A stretch of 64,000 bases of DNA from an uncultured Sphingomonas sp. (GTDB lineage Bacteria; Pseudomonadota; Alphaproteobacteria; Sphingomonadales; Sphingomonadaceae): positions 5,904 through 69,903 of the forward strand of contig CAJYRW010000087.1 in NCBI GenBank assembly GCA_913777475.1, given 5' to 3'. Positions 19,275 to 28,988 of the stretch are shown one piece after another. The notes beneath the pieces are model-generated. The model did not search any database, was not told where the DNA came from, and worked only from the letters and a program-made list of their open reading frames with translations. The first letter of the stretch is position 1; every line of letters starts with the position of its first letter. A program made the translations under genes and the position numbers.

Positions 19275-20892
19275 AAATCGCTTCCTTGAACGGCTGCATG
19301 CCGACGCGGCGATAGGTGTCGAGGAAACGCTCGTCGGCCTCGCGCAATGCGACATAGCGGTCGGTCACGCGCTCGATCGCGTCGACCACGCCGTCTTCGT
19401 CGAAGCCGGGGCCGGTGATCTTGCCGAGCGACACATCCTCCGCCCCCGATCCGCCGAGCAGCAGCTGGTAATTCTCGGTGCCCTTCTTATCGACGCCCAA
19501 TATGCCGATATGCCCGGCATGATGATGGCCGCAGGCGTTGATGCAGCCCGAAATCTTCAGCTTCAACTCGCCCAGCTCGCGCTGCCGCCCGGCAAAACGT
19601 TCGCCGATCTTCTGTGCCAGCGGGATGGAGCGGGCATTGGCGAGGCTGCAATAATCCAGGCCGGGGCAGGCGATGATGTCCGAAATCAGGTCGAGATTGG
19701 CCTCGGCCAGCCCGGCGTCGCGCAGCGCGGTCCAGATGGCGTACAAGTCTGCCTTGCGGACATGCGGCAGGACGATGTTCTGAGCATGGGTCACGCGCAG
19801 TTCGTCATGGCCGTAACGCTCGGCGAGGTCAGCCATCAGGTCGATCTGGTCGGCCGAGGCGTCACCGGGGATGCCGCCGATCGGCTTCAGGCTGATCGTG
19901 ACGATGGCATGGCCGGGCTGCTTGTGGCCTGAGACATTCTGGTCCAGCCAGACCGCGAAGTCGGGGTCGGAGCGGTCGACCGTGTCGGGCGCGTCGCTGG
20001 CGAAGTCGGGACCGGCGAACATGGCAGTGATCCGCTCCAGCTCGGCGAGCGGCGGGTCGATGCCGAGGTCGCGGATCGCGGCAAATTCCGCCTCCACCTG
20101 ATCGCGGTAAGCGTCGACGCCGATCTCGTGGAGCAGGATCTTGATCCGCGCCTTGTAGATATTATCGCGGCGGCCATAGCGGTTATAGACGCGCAGGCAC
20201 GCCTCCAGATAGCTCATCAGATGGTCGGCGGTGATGAAGTCCTTCACCTCATGCGCGACCATCGGGGTGCGGCCCATGCCGCCGCCGACGAAGATCTTCG
20301 CGCCGAGCACACCGTCCCGCTCCAGCAACTGGATGCCGATATCGTGCAGCCGCATCGCCGCGCGGTCCTCGTCCGCCGCGATCACCGCGATCTTGAACTT
20401 GCGCGGCAGGTAGGTGAATTCCGGGTGGAAGGTCGACCATTGCCGCAGCAGCTCGGCCCAGGGCCGTGGATCGGCGACCTCATCGGCGGCGGCTCCGGCG
20501 AACTGGTCCGAGGAGATGTTGCGGATGCAATTGCCCGAGGTCTGGATGGCATGCATCTGCACCGTCGCCAGTTCGGCCAGGATGTCGGGCGCATCGGCCA
20601 GCTTGATCCAGTTATACTGAATGTTCTGGCGCGTGGTGAAATGGCCGTAGCCCCGATCGTACTTGCGCGCGATATGGCCCAGCATCCGCATCTGGCGGCT
20701 GTCCAGCGTGCCATAGGGCACCGCGACGCGCAGCATATAGGCGTGCAACTGGAGGTAGAGGCCGTTCATCAGCCGCAGCGGCTTGAACTGATCCTCGGTC
20801 AGCGCGCCCGACAGGCGGCGGTCCACCTGGTCGCGAAATTCCTCGACACGCGCATCGACGATGCTCTGGTCATATTCGTCATAGCGATACAT
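19267..20892 (-). CDS. cysI: Sulfite/nitrite reductase hemoprotein
   Basis: RLMNGLYLQ, HFTTRQN, LPRKFK, ACPGLDYC and SGCINACG siroheme/Fe-S motifs. Confidence 0.95.
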   Translation of the reverse strand: MYRYDEYDQSIVDARVEEFRDQVDRRLSGALTEDQFKPLRLMNGLYLQLHAYMLRVAVPYGTLDSRQMRMLGHIARKYDRGYGHFTTRQNIQYNWIKLADAPDILAELATVQMHAIQTSGNCIRNISSDQFAGAAADEVADPRPWAELLRQWSTFHPEFTYLPRKFKIAVIAADEDRAAMRLHDIGIQLLERDGVLGAKIFVGGGMGRTPMVAHEVKDFITADHLMSYLEACLRVYNRYGRRDNIYKARIKILLHEIGVDAYRDQVEAEFAAIRDLGIDPPLAELERITAMFAGPDFASDAPDTVDRSDPDFAVWLDQNVSGHKQPGHAIVTISLKPIGGIPGDASADQIDLMADLAERYGHDELRVTHAQNIVLPHVRKADLYAIWTALRDAGLAEANLDLISDIIACPGLDYCSLANARSIPLAQKIGERFAGRQRELGELKLKISGCINACGHHHAGHIGILGVDKKGTENYQLLLGGSGAEDVSLGKITGPGFDEDGVVDAIERVTDRYVALREADERFLDTYRRVGMQPFKEAIYG

Positions 20893-20903
20893 GAATGGCT
20901 CTC

Positions 20904-21200
20904 TCAGATGACCCAGGCGCCGGCGTCCGCATCGGCGGGCTTCAGCGTCAGGTCGGGGCGCACCGTGGGGCCGAGCGCGCGGATACGGTCCTTGATATGG
21001 GCGGGGCGGGGGCCCTGTTCGGTCGCCTCGGCATCGATCAGATAGGGGACGTTGACCCGGCGCGCGCCTTCCTCGGCGCGAAGGATCGCCTCGCCTTGGC
21101 CGCCGACATCGACCGCATCCTCGACATGACGCGACCAGTCGCGCCCGGTCCACCAGACGACATCGCCGGTGCTCAAGTCATTGCCCGTCAACAGCTTCAT
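20904..21200 (-). CDS. DUF2849 family protein
   Basis: LTGNDL..GDVVWW and RIRALGPTVR. Confidence 0.85.
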   Translation of the reverse strand: MKLLTGNDLSTGDVVWWTGRDWSRHVEDAVDVGGQGEAILRAEEGARRVNVPYLIDAEATEQGPRPAHIKDRIRALGPTVRPDLTLKPADADAGAWVI

Positions 21201-21988
21201 GCACTCATTCCTTCCGCCACGCGGGCCCAACGCGCGAGCTTGTCTTCGGCATCCGACAGGGTGACGACTTCGCCGACGACGATAATCGCCGGACTCTGAA
21301 CCTTCTCGCGCTCGACCATCGGCCCGAGATCGGCGAGCAGGGTGCGGATGGCGCGGTGCCCCTCCAGCGTGCCGCGCTCCAGCACCGCGACCGGCATGTC
21401 GGGGGCGACGCCATCGGCCATCAGCTTGTCGGCGATGCCGTTGGCGGTCGCGACGCCCATATAGATGACGAGCGTGCGTCCCTGGCCCGCCAGGCCCGAC
21501 CAGTCCTGATCGGTCAGCCCCTTGCACTGGCCCGCAACGAAGGACACGGCCGAGCTATGGTCGCGGTGGGTCAGCGGCAGCATCGCCTCCGCCGCGCAAC
21601 CGAGCGCCGCCGATACGCCTGGGATCACCTCGACCGGAAGCCCGGCGGCGCGCACTGCCTCCACCTCTTCGCCACCGCGCCCGAAGATGAACGGGTCGCC
21701 GCCCTTCAGCCGCAGGACGATCGCGCCGGTCTTTACATGCGCGACGATCAGCGCGTTGATCGCGTCCTGCGACAAAGTGTGCCGCGCGCGCCGCTTGGCG
21801 ACCGAGATGCGCTGGGCCTCCGGCGGCGCGAGGTCGAGCACACGCGGATCGATCAGCCCGTCATGCACGACAACATCGGCGGTCTTCAGCGCCTCGACCG
21901 CGCGCACGGTCAACAGGCCCGGGTCACCGGGGCCGGCACCAACCAGGATCACGCGTCCGCGCGCGGTGGGATCGAGAAGACTAGCCAT
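21197..21988 (-). CDS. cobA: Uroporphyrinogen-III C-methyltransferase
   Basis: LVGAGPGDPGLLT, RLKGGDPFIFGRGGEE, IPGVSAA. Confidence 0.95.
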   Translation of the reverse strand: MASLLDPTARGRVILVGAGPGDPGLLTVRAVEALKTADVVVHDGLIDPRVLDLAPPEAQRISVAKRRARHTLSQDAINALIVAHVKTGAIVLRLKGGDPFIFGRGGEEVEAVRAAGLPVEVIPGVSAALGCAAEAMLPLTHRDHSSAVSFVAGQCKGLTDQDWSGLAGQGRTLVIYMGVATANGIADKLMADGVAPDMPVAVLERGTLEGHRAIRTLLADLGPMVEREKVQSPAIIVVGEVVTLSDAEDKLARWARVAEGMSA

Positions 21989-22154
21989 GCTGCAACAGAT
22001 GCCCCTCCGCCCGCGCCGCCACAACCGAGCGATGCTTGGGGCGGCGGTAGATCAGCTTCACCCCACTTTGCCGTACAAGGTATAACATATTTGCCTTTTG
22101 TATGAGTCTATGTTTGACTGGACAAAGGGGCATAAAGCCAAAGGGGGAGTGGAA

Positions 22155-25100
22155 ATGAGGACACAAAGTTGCGCCAGAGCAGCGTTTGGTGCTTCGCTGA
22201 TTGCGATGGCTTGGGTCGGCGTTGCATCGGCGCAAACCGCTTCAGCTGTCGAAGCGGATGCCAGTGCCCAGGCCGAGAAGATCGGGGTCACAGACGTGGC
22301 CGCGTCGACCGACCGGATCGATGCCAAGCAGGAGGCACGCGATCCCGGTGACGTCATCGTCACCGGCACGCGCATCGTGCGGCCGAACATGGAAAGCAAC
22401 GCGCCGATCACCACGATCGACGCGACCTATCTGAAGGAGCGCGGGCTCGCCCGGGTCGAGGACGCGCTGGCGCAATTGCCGCAGGTGACGCCGATGCTGG
22501 GCCTGCAGGGGCAGAGCTGGACTTCGGGGGCGGCATCGGTCGGCCTTCGCAACCTGGGCGCGGGACGTACGCTGATTCTGCTCAACGGGCAGCGGATGGA
22601 CAATGACGTCAACATCATCCCCGGCGCGCTGATCGACCGGATCGACATCATGACCGGCGGCGCATCTGCCGTGTACGGGTCGGATGCGATAGCGGGCGTC
22701 GTCAACTTCGTCCTCAAGCGCAAATTCGACGGCATCGCGTTCGATGGTGAAGTCAGCGGCTTCAATCATAACAACAACAATCCGCTGATGGCGCGCATCG
22801 CGGACGAGGCGGGCTATCCCCATCCGCGCGGTTCTTATCTGGGCGGCGGCAACTATTTCGCATCGCTTGCCGGTGGCAAGAACCTGCTCGACGACCGGCT
22901 GAACGTCAGTGCCTTCGTGACCTACAAAAAGGCCGATCCGATCCAGTTCCGCAATCTAGATACTACGGTCTGCCCACTGCTGGTGTTCGATCCCAACAAC
23001 CCGGATGCCGGCAATACGAAATGGTCCTGCGGGGGGACGACGTACAATCCCTACAATTATTTCCGCGTCGGCGATCAGGACCTCAGCAACGCGCGTGACG
23101 GGTCGCGCAGCTTCCGGCCCTATGACACGAACGATGAAGTCCGGGTCCTGAGCGTCGACACGATCCAGCGCCGCAGCGAGACGGTCAACACCGGTGGCTT
23201 CCTCACCGCCGAATTGCCGCTCGGCATGCGCCTGAACGGCAGCTTCCTGTACAGCCGGATTACCGAGACGGGGTATAACTCGATCGACGGTGGTATCTGG
23301 ACACCCACCGCCAAAGTGAATTGCGACAATCCCTTCCTGGGACGGCAGCAGGCGCAGGCCATTTGCGGTGCGGAGGCGGGAACCACGGCGCTCAGCGCGC
23401 CGATATCCTTGTCGCTGTTCCGGCCCGGCATGATCCAGAATTTCCGCAATTCGACCACCGACTGGCGCGGGTCGCTGGGGCTGTCGGGCATGATCGTCGA
23501 CAAAATCCGCTTCGAGCTCAGCTATCAGCAAACGCGCAACATCATGAACGGCTATGCCGATCATCAATGGATGCCGGATCAGGCCGATCGGCTGGCACGG
23601 GGCCTGCAGGTCCGCAACGTCGGCGGCGTGCCCACCTGCCTGTCGAGGATCGACGGCACCGACCCCAGCTGCCAACCGGTCGACGCCTTCTCTTCGAACG
23701 TGTCGATCAACGATGCCGTCTACAGCTGGCTGACCGCGCCCGGAAGCCGCCGCCAGCAGAACGATCTGCAGGTCATCAACGGCGTCGTGTCCGGCACGCT
23801 GGAGGATTACGGCCTGAAAAGCCCCTGGGCGACCAGCGGGATCGGCTTCGCGATCACCGGCGAGTATCGCAAGTACCGCAACCAGTCGACCGGCTATGGC
23901 GCCTGGTCGAACTTCACGACCTTTGACGGGCGCACCAGCGTGAAGGAACTGGGCGGCGAAATCGACATCCCGCTGATCGAGAACAAGCCGTTCTTCAAGG
24001 AACTCAGCGTCAATGGCGGTTATCGGATTTCCGATTACGACGTCTATCAAAGTCTGATCCACAGCTGGAAGGCGGAGGCCAGCTGGGCTCCGACCGACGG
24101 TTTGCGCTTCCGGGGTAGCTATAATCGCGCGGTGCGTGTCGGCGTGTTGCAGCGACTGGAGGGCGAGAACCGTTATCCAAACGTCCTAATGCTCGACCTG
24201 TGCGCCCCGCCGCGCGCCGCGAGCAACGGCAAGGGGGCGACGCGCTATACGTTCGACCAATGCTCGATCGGCATGACGCGCGCGCAATATGACGCGCTGA
24301 CCAGCTACACCGGCTGCGATAGCAATGGTTTCTGCCCGACCACGCTGATCAATGGCGGCAACCGTGACCTCCAGCCCGAACGATCGCGCAGCAAGACGCT
24401 GGGCGTGGTGATGCAGCCGCGCTTCATTCCTGGCCTCACCGCTTCGGTCGACTGGTACGATATCAACATCCAGGGCGCATTCGAATGGACCCGTATCGGC
24501 ATGGCGTTCAACCAATGCTATGACAACAAGGTCGAGTTCTTCTGCCAGTTCTACAAGCGCGACCCGCAAACGGGGCAGCTCCTGATTGCCGACGCACGCT
24601 ATAACAACTCCGGGTATACGGCGACGCGCGGGATCGATTTCAGCACCAATTATGCGCTGGACCCGAAGCGGCTGGGCATCGCCGATGACATCGGCACCTT
24701 TGGTCTAAACTTCAACGGTACGCTGACCACCAAATATGAGCGGCAGTTCGCGCCGGGTAACACGCCCTGGTCGTGCCTCGGTTACTTCGGCTTTGCGTGC
24801 GGCGATCCGATGCCGCGCTGGCGCCATGTTGCGGGCGTGAATTGGCAGCTGCCCTGGATCAAGGGCGGGCTTGGCTTCACCTGGCGCTATATCGGCCCGA
24901 CGGCAATTTCGAAGCTGTCGACCAACACAGTGCTGGCGGCAGCACCAGGGCAGACTTACCCGCTGCTCAACCGTATTCCGGGTTATAGCTATTTCGACTT
25001 CAACACCAATGTCACGCTGGTTAAGGGGGTCGACGTACGGTTCAATGTCCAGAATCTTTTCGACAAGGACCCGCCGCTCGTCGGTTTCGACAATACATAT

Positions 25101-25187
25101 GGCATCGGCCAGTATTTGAACACGTTCCCCGCCTATTACGCGGTCCGGGGACGGACGCTGCGGGTCGGGATTTCCGCCCGCTTCTGA
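22155..25187 (+). CDS. TonB-dependent receptor (Cys-rich)
   Basis: Signal peptide, VIVTGTR TonB box, plug motif GGASAVYGSDAIAGVVNF, NLFDKDPP, terminal Phe; GGGGAG RBS. Confidence 0.95.
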   Translation: MRTQSCARAAFGASLIAMAWVGVASAQTASAVEADASAQAEKIGVTDVAASTDRIDAKQEARDPGDVIVTGTRIVRPNMESNAPITTIDATYLKERGLARVEDALAQLPQVTPMLGLQGQSWTSGAASVGLRNLGAGRTLILLNGQRMDNDVNIIPGALIDRIDIMTGGASAVYGSDAIAGVVNFVLKRKFDGIAFDGEVSGFNHNNNNPLMARIADEAGYPHPRGSYLGGGNYFASLAGGKNLLDDRLNVSAFVTYKKADPIQFRNLDTTVCPLLVFDPNNPDAGNTKWSCGGTTYNPYNYFRVGDQDLSNARDGSRSFRPYDTNDEVRVLSVDTIQRRSETVNTGGFLTAELPLGMRLNGSFLYSRITETGYNSIDGGIWTPTAKVNCDNPFLGRQQAQAICGAEAGTTALSAPISLSLFRPGMIQNFRNSTTDWRGSLGLSGMIVDKIRFELSYQQTRNIMNGYADHQWMPDQADRLARGLQVRNVGGVPTCLSRIDGTDPSCQPVDAFSSNVSINDAVYSWLTAPGSRRQQNDLQVINGVVSGTLEDYGLKSPWATSGIGFAITGEYRKYRNQSTGYGAWSNFTTFDGRTSVKELGGEIDIPLIENKPFFKELSVNGGYRISDYDVYQSLIHSWKAEASWAPTDGLRFRGSYNRAVRVGVLQRLEGENRYPNVLMLDLCAPPRAASNGKGATRYTFDQCSIGMTRAQYDALTSYTGCDSNGFCPTTLINGGNRDLQPERSRSKTLGVVMQPRFIPGLTASVDWYDINIQGAFEWTRIGMAFNQCYDNKVEFFCQFYKRDPQTGQLLIADARYNNSGYTATRGIDFSTNYALDPKRLGIADDIGTFGLNFNGTLTTKYERQFAPGNTPWSCLGYFGFACGDPMPRWRHVAGVNWQLPWIKGGLGFTWRYIGPTAISKLSTNTVLAAAPGQTYPLLNRIPGYSYFDFNTNVTLVKGVDVRFNVQNLFDKDPPLVGFDNTYGIGQYLNTFPAYYAVRGRTLRVGISARF

Positions 25188-25193
25188 TTGGGG

Positions 25194-25224
25194 AGGCCCG
25201 GAGCCACGGTTCCGGGCCTTTTTT
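25194..25224 (+). terminator. Intrinsic terminator
   Basis: aggcccggagcc-ac-ggttccgggcct followed by a T-tract. Confidence 0.85.
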
Positions 25225-25302
25225 GCTTACCTGCGAACCCACACAGGGATCGGCGACTTCACGCTTGGGGCAATCGTCGATCAGCGCGCAGATGGCGGGC
25301 GG

Positions 25303-26679
25303 TCAAGCCAGCGCACCGGGGTCGGCCAGCGCCTCGCCCATCGCCCGGACCCGCGCGACCTTGTCGTGCAGCATTCCCCAGTCGTCAGCCTGCGCGATCG
25401 ATGCCCAGATCGCTTCCACCTCCTCGATCAGCATGGATTCGGGCTCGCCCTGCCAATAGGCGTGGTCGCGTGCGCGGCGAGGGGCATAGGGCTCGACCAG
25501 GTCGCGCAAGGCGTTCCACGTCTCGTCATAATGATCCGGTACCTGCCCGCCGAACAGGTCGAAATAGACGCGGTCCAGAGGAGCGGCGCTGGCGCGCAGG
25601 GCCTGCTCGAAGGTCTGGACGAGCGCCCGGTCCTCGGTCCCGCCGCGTGGCGTCACGCCCAGCCGCCAGAGGATCGCGGTGATGATCTCCGCCTGATAGG
25701 TCGTGGCAAAGCCCTCCAGCGCGGCGATCAGCGGATCGCTCTCCGCGATCAGCCGCAGGCTGGAGGCGAGTTGCATCACGTCCCACTGGATCGCCTCGGG
25801 CTGGCGGCCAAAGGCGTAGAGGCCCATCTGGTCGAAATAGGCGGCGGTGAAGCCCGCGTCCCAGCTCGGCGCGAACCGCCACGGACCATAGTCGAAGCTC
25901 TCGCCGGTGACGTTGATATTGTCGGAATTGAGCACGCCGTGGACGAACCCGGCGGCCATGTAGCGCGCGGCGAGCCTTGCGGTGCGCTCCGCCACCAGGG
26001 TCAGCAGCCGGACGGGATCGTCCGATACCTCGCCATAGAAGTGGCGCAGGACATAGGCGACCAGCCGCCGCATCCCTTCCTCGTCGCGCTCGAAGGCGAG
26101 CCGCTGGAAACTGCCGATACGGACATGGCCGTGGCTCATCCGCACCATGACGGCCGAGCGGGTGGGGGAGGGCTCGTCACCCCGGTGCAGCGCCTCGCCC
26201 GTCTCGATCAGCGACAGCGTGCGCGAGGTGGGGACGTTCAGCGCCTCCAGCATCTCGGTCGCCAGGATTTCGCGGACCCCGCCCTTCAGCGTCAGGCGGC
26301 CGTCACCGGAGCGGCTGTACGGCGTCTGCCCCGACCCCTTGGTGCCGAGTTCTAGCACCCGGCCGTCACGCGCCACCATTTGCGCGAAGGTGAAGCCGCG
26401 TCCGTCGCCGAGATCGCTGTTGTAATGGCGGAACTGGTGCCCGTGATAGCGCAGCGCCATTGGCCCCGGCAGCGTGTCGGGCAGGGGGGCGAACCGGCCG
26501 AAATGCTGTGCCCATTCGTCATCGGTCAGCGTCTCCACGCCGATTTCGGCGGCGGCGCGGTCGTTGCGATAGCGGATGACGGTCTGCGGAAAGTCCGCGG
26601 CCTCCACCGGATCGGCGAGAAAATCGGCCACCTCGGTCAGGGCGGTGGACGGGCGATAGGCTTGCGGGGATACGGGCAT
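25303..26679 (-). CDS. selO: Protein adenylyltransferase SelO/YdiU
   Basis: YHGHQF, LGDGRG, KGSGQTPYSR.GDGR, GFVHGVLNSDN, FDYGP. Confidence 0.93.
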   Translation of the reverse strand: MPVSPQAYRPSTALTEVADFLADPVEAADFPQTVIRYRNDRAAAEIGVETLTDDEWAQHFGRFAPLPDTLPGPMALRYHGHQFRHYNSDLGDGRGFTFAQMVARDGRVLELGTKGSGQTPYSRSGDGRLTLKGGVREILATEMLEALNVPTSRTLSLIETGEALHRGDEPSPTRSAVMVRMSHGHVRIGSFQRLAFERDEEGMRRLVAYVLRHFYGEVSDDPVRLLTLVAERTARLAARYMAAGFVHGVLNSDNINVTGESFDYGPWRFAPSWDAGFTAAYFDQMGLYAFGRQPEAIQWDVMQLASSLRLIAESDPLIAALEGFATTYQAEIITAILWRLGVTPRGGTEDRALVQTFEQALRASAAPLDRVYFDLFGGQVPDHYDETWNALRDLVEPYAPRRARDHAYWQGEPESMLIEEVEAIWASIAQADDWGMLHDKVARVRAMGEALADPGALA

Positions 26680-26716
26680 AAAGCGATATGGAGGCGGCAC
26701 CGGAGGACCTTCAAGC

Positions 26717-27589
26717 ATGATCCCTCATGAGAATCGATATTGGTGGTCGAAAGACGGCCTGCGGCTCCATGCGCGCGACTATGAGGGGGACGACGCGCTG
26801 CCCCCGGTCATCTGCCTGCCGGGCCTTACCCGCAACGCGCGCGACTTCGAGGGGCTGGCCGAGGCGCTGGCAGGCCGCGCGCGGGTGATCGCGGTCAGTT
26901 TCCGCGGCCGGGGCGAAAGCGCCTATGCCAAGGACCCGATGAGCTATGTGCCGCTCACCTATGTCCAGGATGTCGAGGCGATGCTGGACGAACTGGGTAT
27001 CACCCGCTTCGTCGCGGTCGGCACCTCGCTGGGCGGGATCGTGACGATGATCCTGGCGGCCACCGCACGAGGGCGGCTGGCTGGGGCGGTGCTGAACGAT
27101 ATCGGGCCGGAGATCGAGGCGGCGGGCCTGGCGCGCATTCGCGGCTATGTCGGCAAGGGACAGAGCTTTCCGACCTGGCTGCACGCCGCGCGCTGCGTCC
27201 AGGAGAATAACGAGGACGTCTATCCCGACTGGGGCGTCGAGGACTGGCTGGCGATGGCCAAGCGCACGCACCGGCTGACCAGCGCGGGACGGATCGTGCT
27301 CGACTATGACCTGAAGATCGCCGAGCCGTTCCGGGTGCCCAATACCGAGGGCGGGCCCGATATGTGGGCGGCGCTGGACGCGCTGAACGGCGTACCGACG
27401 CTGGTGGTCCGCGGCGAGCGGTCGGACATCCTGAGCGCCGGGGTCGCCGAGCGGATGGTCGAGCGACTGTCGCCCTCCGAACTGGTGACGGTGCCCGGTG
27501 TCGGCCACACGCCGCTGCTGACCGAGGCGGAGGCGCTGGCGGGGATCGGGCGGTTGCTGGATAATGTAGGCCAAATTCCTCCCCTGTAA
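26717..27589 (+). CDS. Alpha/beta hydrolase
   Basis: PGLTRNARDF, GTSLGG nucleophile elbow, GHTP. Confidence 0.9.
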   Translation: MIPHENRYWWSKDGLRLHARDYEGDDALPPVICLPGLTRNARDFEGLAEALAGRARVIAVSFRGRGESAYAKDPMSYVPLTYVQDVEAMLDELGITRFVAVGTSLGGIVTMILAATARGRLAGAVLNDIGPEIEAAGLARIRGYVGKGQSFPTWLHAARCVQENNEDVYPDWGVEDWLAMAKRTHRLTSAGRIVLDYDLKIAEPFRVPNTEGGPDMWAALDALNGVPTLVVRGERSDILSAGVAERMVERLSPSELVTVPGVGHTPLLTEAEALAGIGRLLDNVGQIPPL

Positions 27590-27712
27590 GGGGAGGGGGA
27601 CCAGCGAAGCTGGTGGAGGGGTGTCCCCGGTGGCGAGTTTGGCCCAACCTCTCCGACCGTGACACCCCTCCGTCAGTCCTTCGCCCTGCCACCTCCCCTT
27701 GCAGGGGAGGAA
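27576..27712. repeat. RIME/REP-like palindromic element
   Basis: Terminal palindromes cctcccctgtaaggggagg and cctccccttgcaggggagg with nested stems; contains the hydrolase stop codon. Confidence 0.8.
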
Positions 27713-27762
27713 AATGGCGCTGGCGGTTTCCAACGCTGTCCCCGCCCGCTAATCCCGCAGGC

Positions 27763-28899
27763 ATGGCCCGTCCGCTGAACATCCTGCATCTCCACTCCTC
27801 CTTCTCGCTGGGCGGCAAGGAGGCGCGTGCGGTCGCGCTCATGAACGCCTTTGGCGATGCGGCGAAGCATACCATCGTTTCGGCCATGCCCGACGAGCTG
27901 GGCGCGCGCGATTCCATCGCCAAGGGCACACGCTACGAGATCGCGCAGGAGGCGCCGCCCTTGACCGGCAAGCCCTCGGTCAAGCGGTATGAGGCGATCG
28001 CCGCCTATATGCGCCGTTTCGACCTGGTGCTGACCTATAATTGGGGCGCGATCGACGGGGTGATGGCACGGCGCGTCTATCCCAAGGGCGCGCCGCCGCT
28101 GGTTCATCACGAGGATGGGTTCAACGCCGACGAGGCGCGGGGCCTGAAGATCGAGCGCAACATCTATCGCCGCATCGCCCTGTCGGCGGCGGATGCGCTG
28201 GCGGTGCCGAGCCATATCCTGGAGGGCATTGCGCGTCAGACCTGGAAGCAACCGGCCGAGCGGGTCCACCGCATCCCCAACGGGATCGCGACCGAGCTTT
28301 ACGCTCGCGATCCCGATCCCAAGGGCATTCCCGGCTTCGTCCGCCAGCCCAAGGAGATCGTCGTCGGCGTGCTGGCGGGCCTGCGCCCGGTCAAGAACCT
28401 GCCGATGCTCGTCCGCGCGATGGGGGGCATCCCCAACCGCTTCCGCCTGGTGATCGTGGGCGAGGGCCCCGAGCGCGCAAATATCCAGCAGGCCGCCGCC
28501 GCGATGGGCATCGCCGACCGGCTGGTCATGCCGGGCTTCCTCGAACGTCCTTACAATTACATCCGCCATTTCGACATCGTCGCGCTGTCGTCCATGTCGG
28601 AACAGGCACCGATCTCCGTGCTGGAAGGGATGGCGGCGGGCCTGCCCATCGCCTCGCTGCCGGTCGGCGACGTGCCACTGATGGTGTCGGAGCCCAATCG
28701 CCAGTTCATCGCCGACGCCCCCAACGAGGTGCGCCTGCGCGACGTGATCCAGGCGCTGATCTCGCATCCCGAGCTTCGCGCCGAGGCGGGCGCGGCCAAC
28801 CAGGCGCGGGTGCGGGCCGAGTTCGACCAAGCGCAGATGATCGCGCGCTACAAGGCGCTGTATGAGCGGGTCCTGGGGCGGCCCGGCGCGCTGGGTTGA
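27763..28899 (+). CDS. Glycosyltransferase family 4
   Basis: GGKE, IPNGI, LRPVKN, SEQAPISVLEGMAAG (EX7E). Confidence 0.9.
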   Translation: MARPLNILHLHSSFSLGGKEARAVALMNAFGDAAKHTIVSAMPDELGARDSIAKGTRYEIAQEAPPLTGKPSVKRYEAIAAYMRRFDLVLTYNWGAIDGVMARRVYPKGAPPLVHHEDGFNADEARGLKIERNIYRRIALSAADALAVPSHILEGIARQTWKQPAERVHRIPNGIATELYARDPDPKGIPGFVRQPKEIVVGVLAGLRPVKNLPMLVRAMGGIPNRFRLVIVGEGPERANIQQAAAAMGIADRLVMPGFLERPYNYIRHFDIVALSSMSEQAPISVLEGMAAGLPIASLPVGDVPLMVSEPNRQFIADAPNEVRLRDVIQALISHPELRAEAGAANQARVRAEFDQAQMIARYKALYERVLGRPGALG

Positions 28900-28988
28900 C
28901 CGTGCACACCGGGGCGTGCCGTTAATTCCCCTCGCTAACCCATGCCAACACGCTATATGAGACCCTTTCCGACCAGTAAGGTGAAGAC

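Noticed and set aside
25303-25400. Selenocysteine recoding at the SelO C-terminus
   Set aside because: The protein ends ...ADPGALA with no Cys/Sec motif, and no convincing SECIS follows the TGA.
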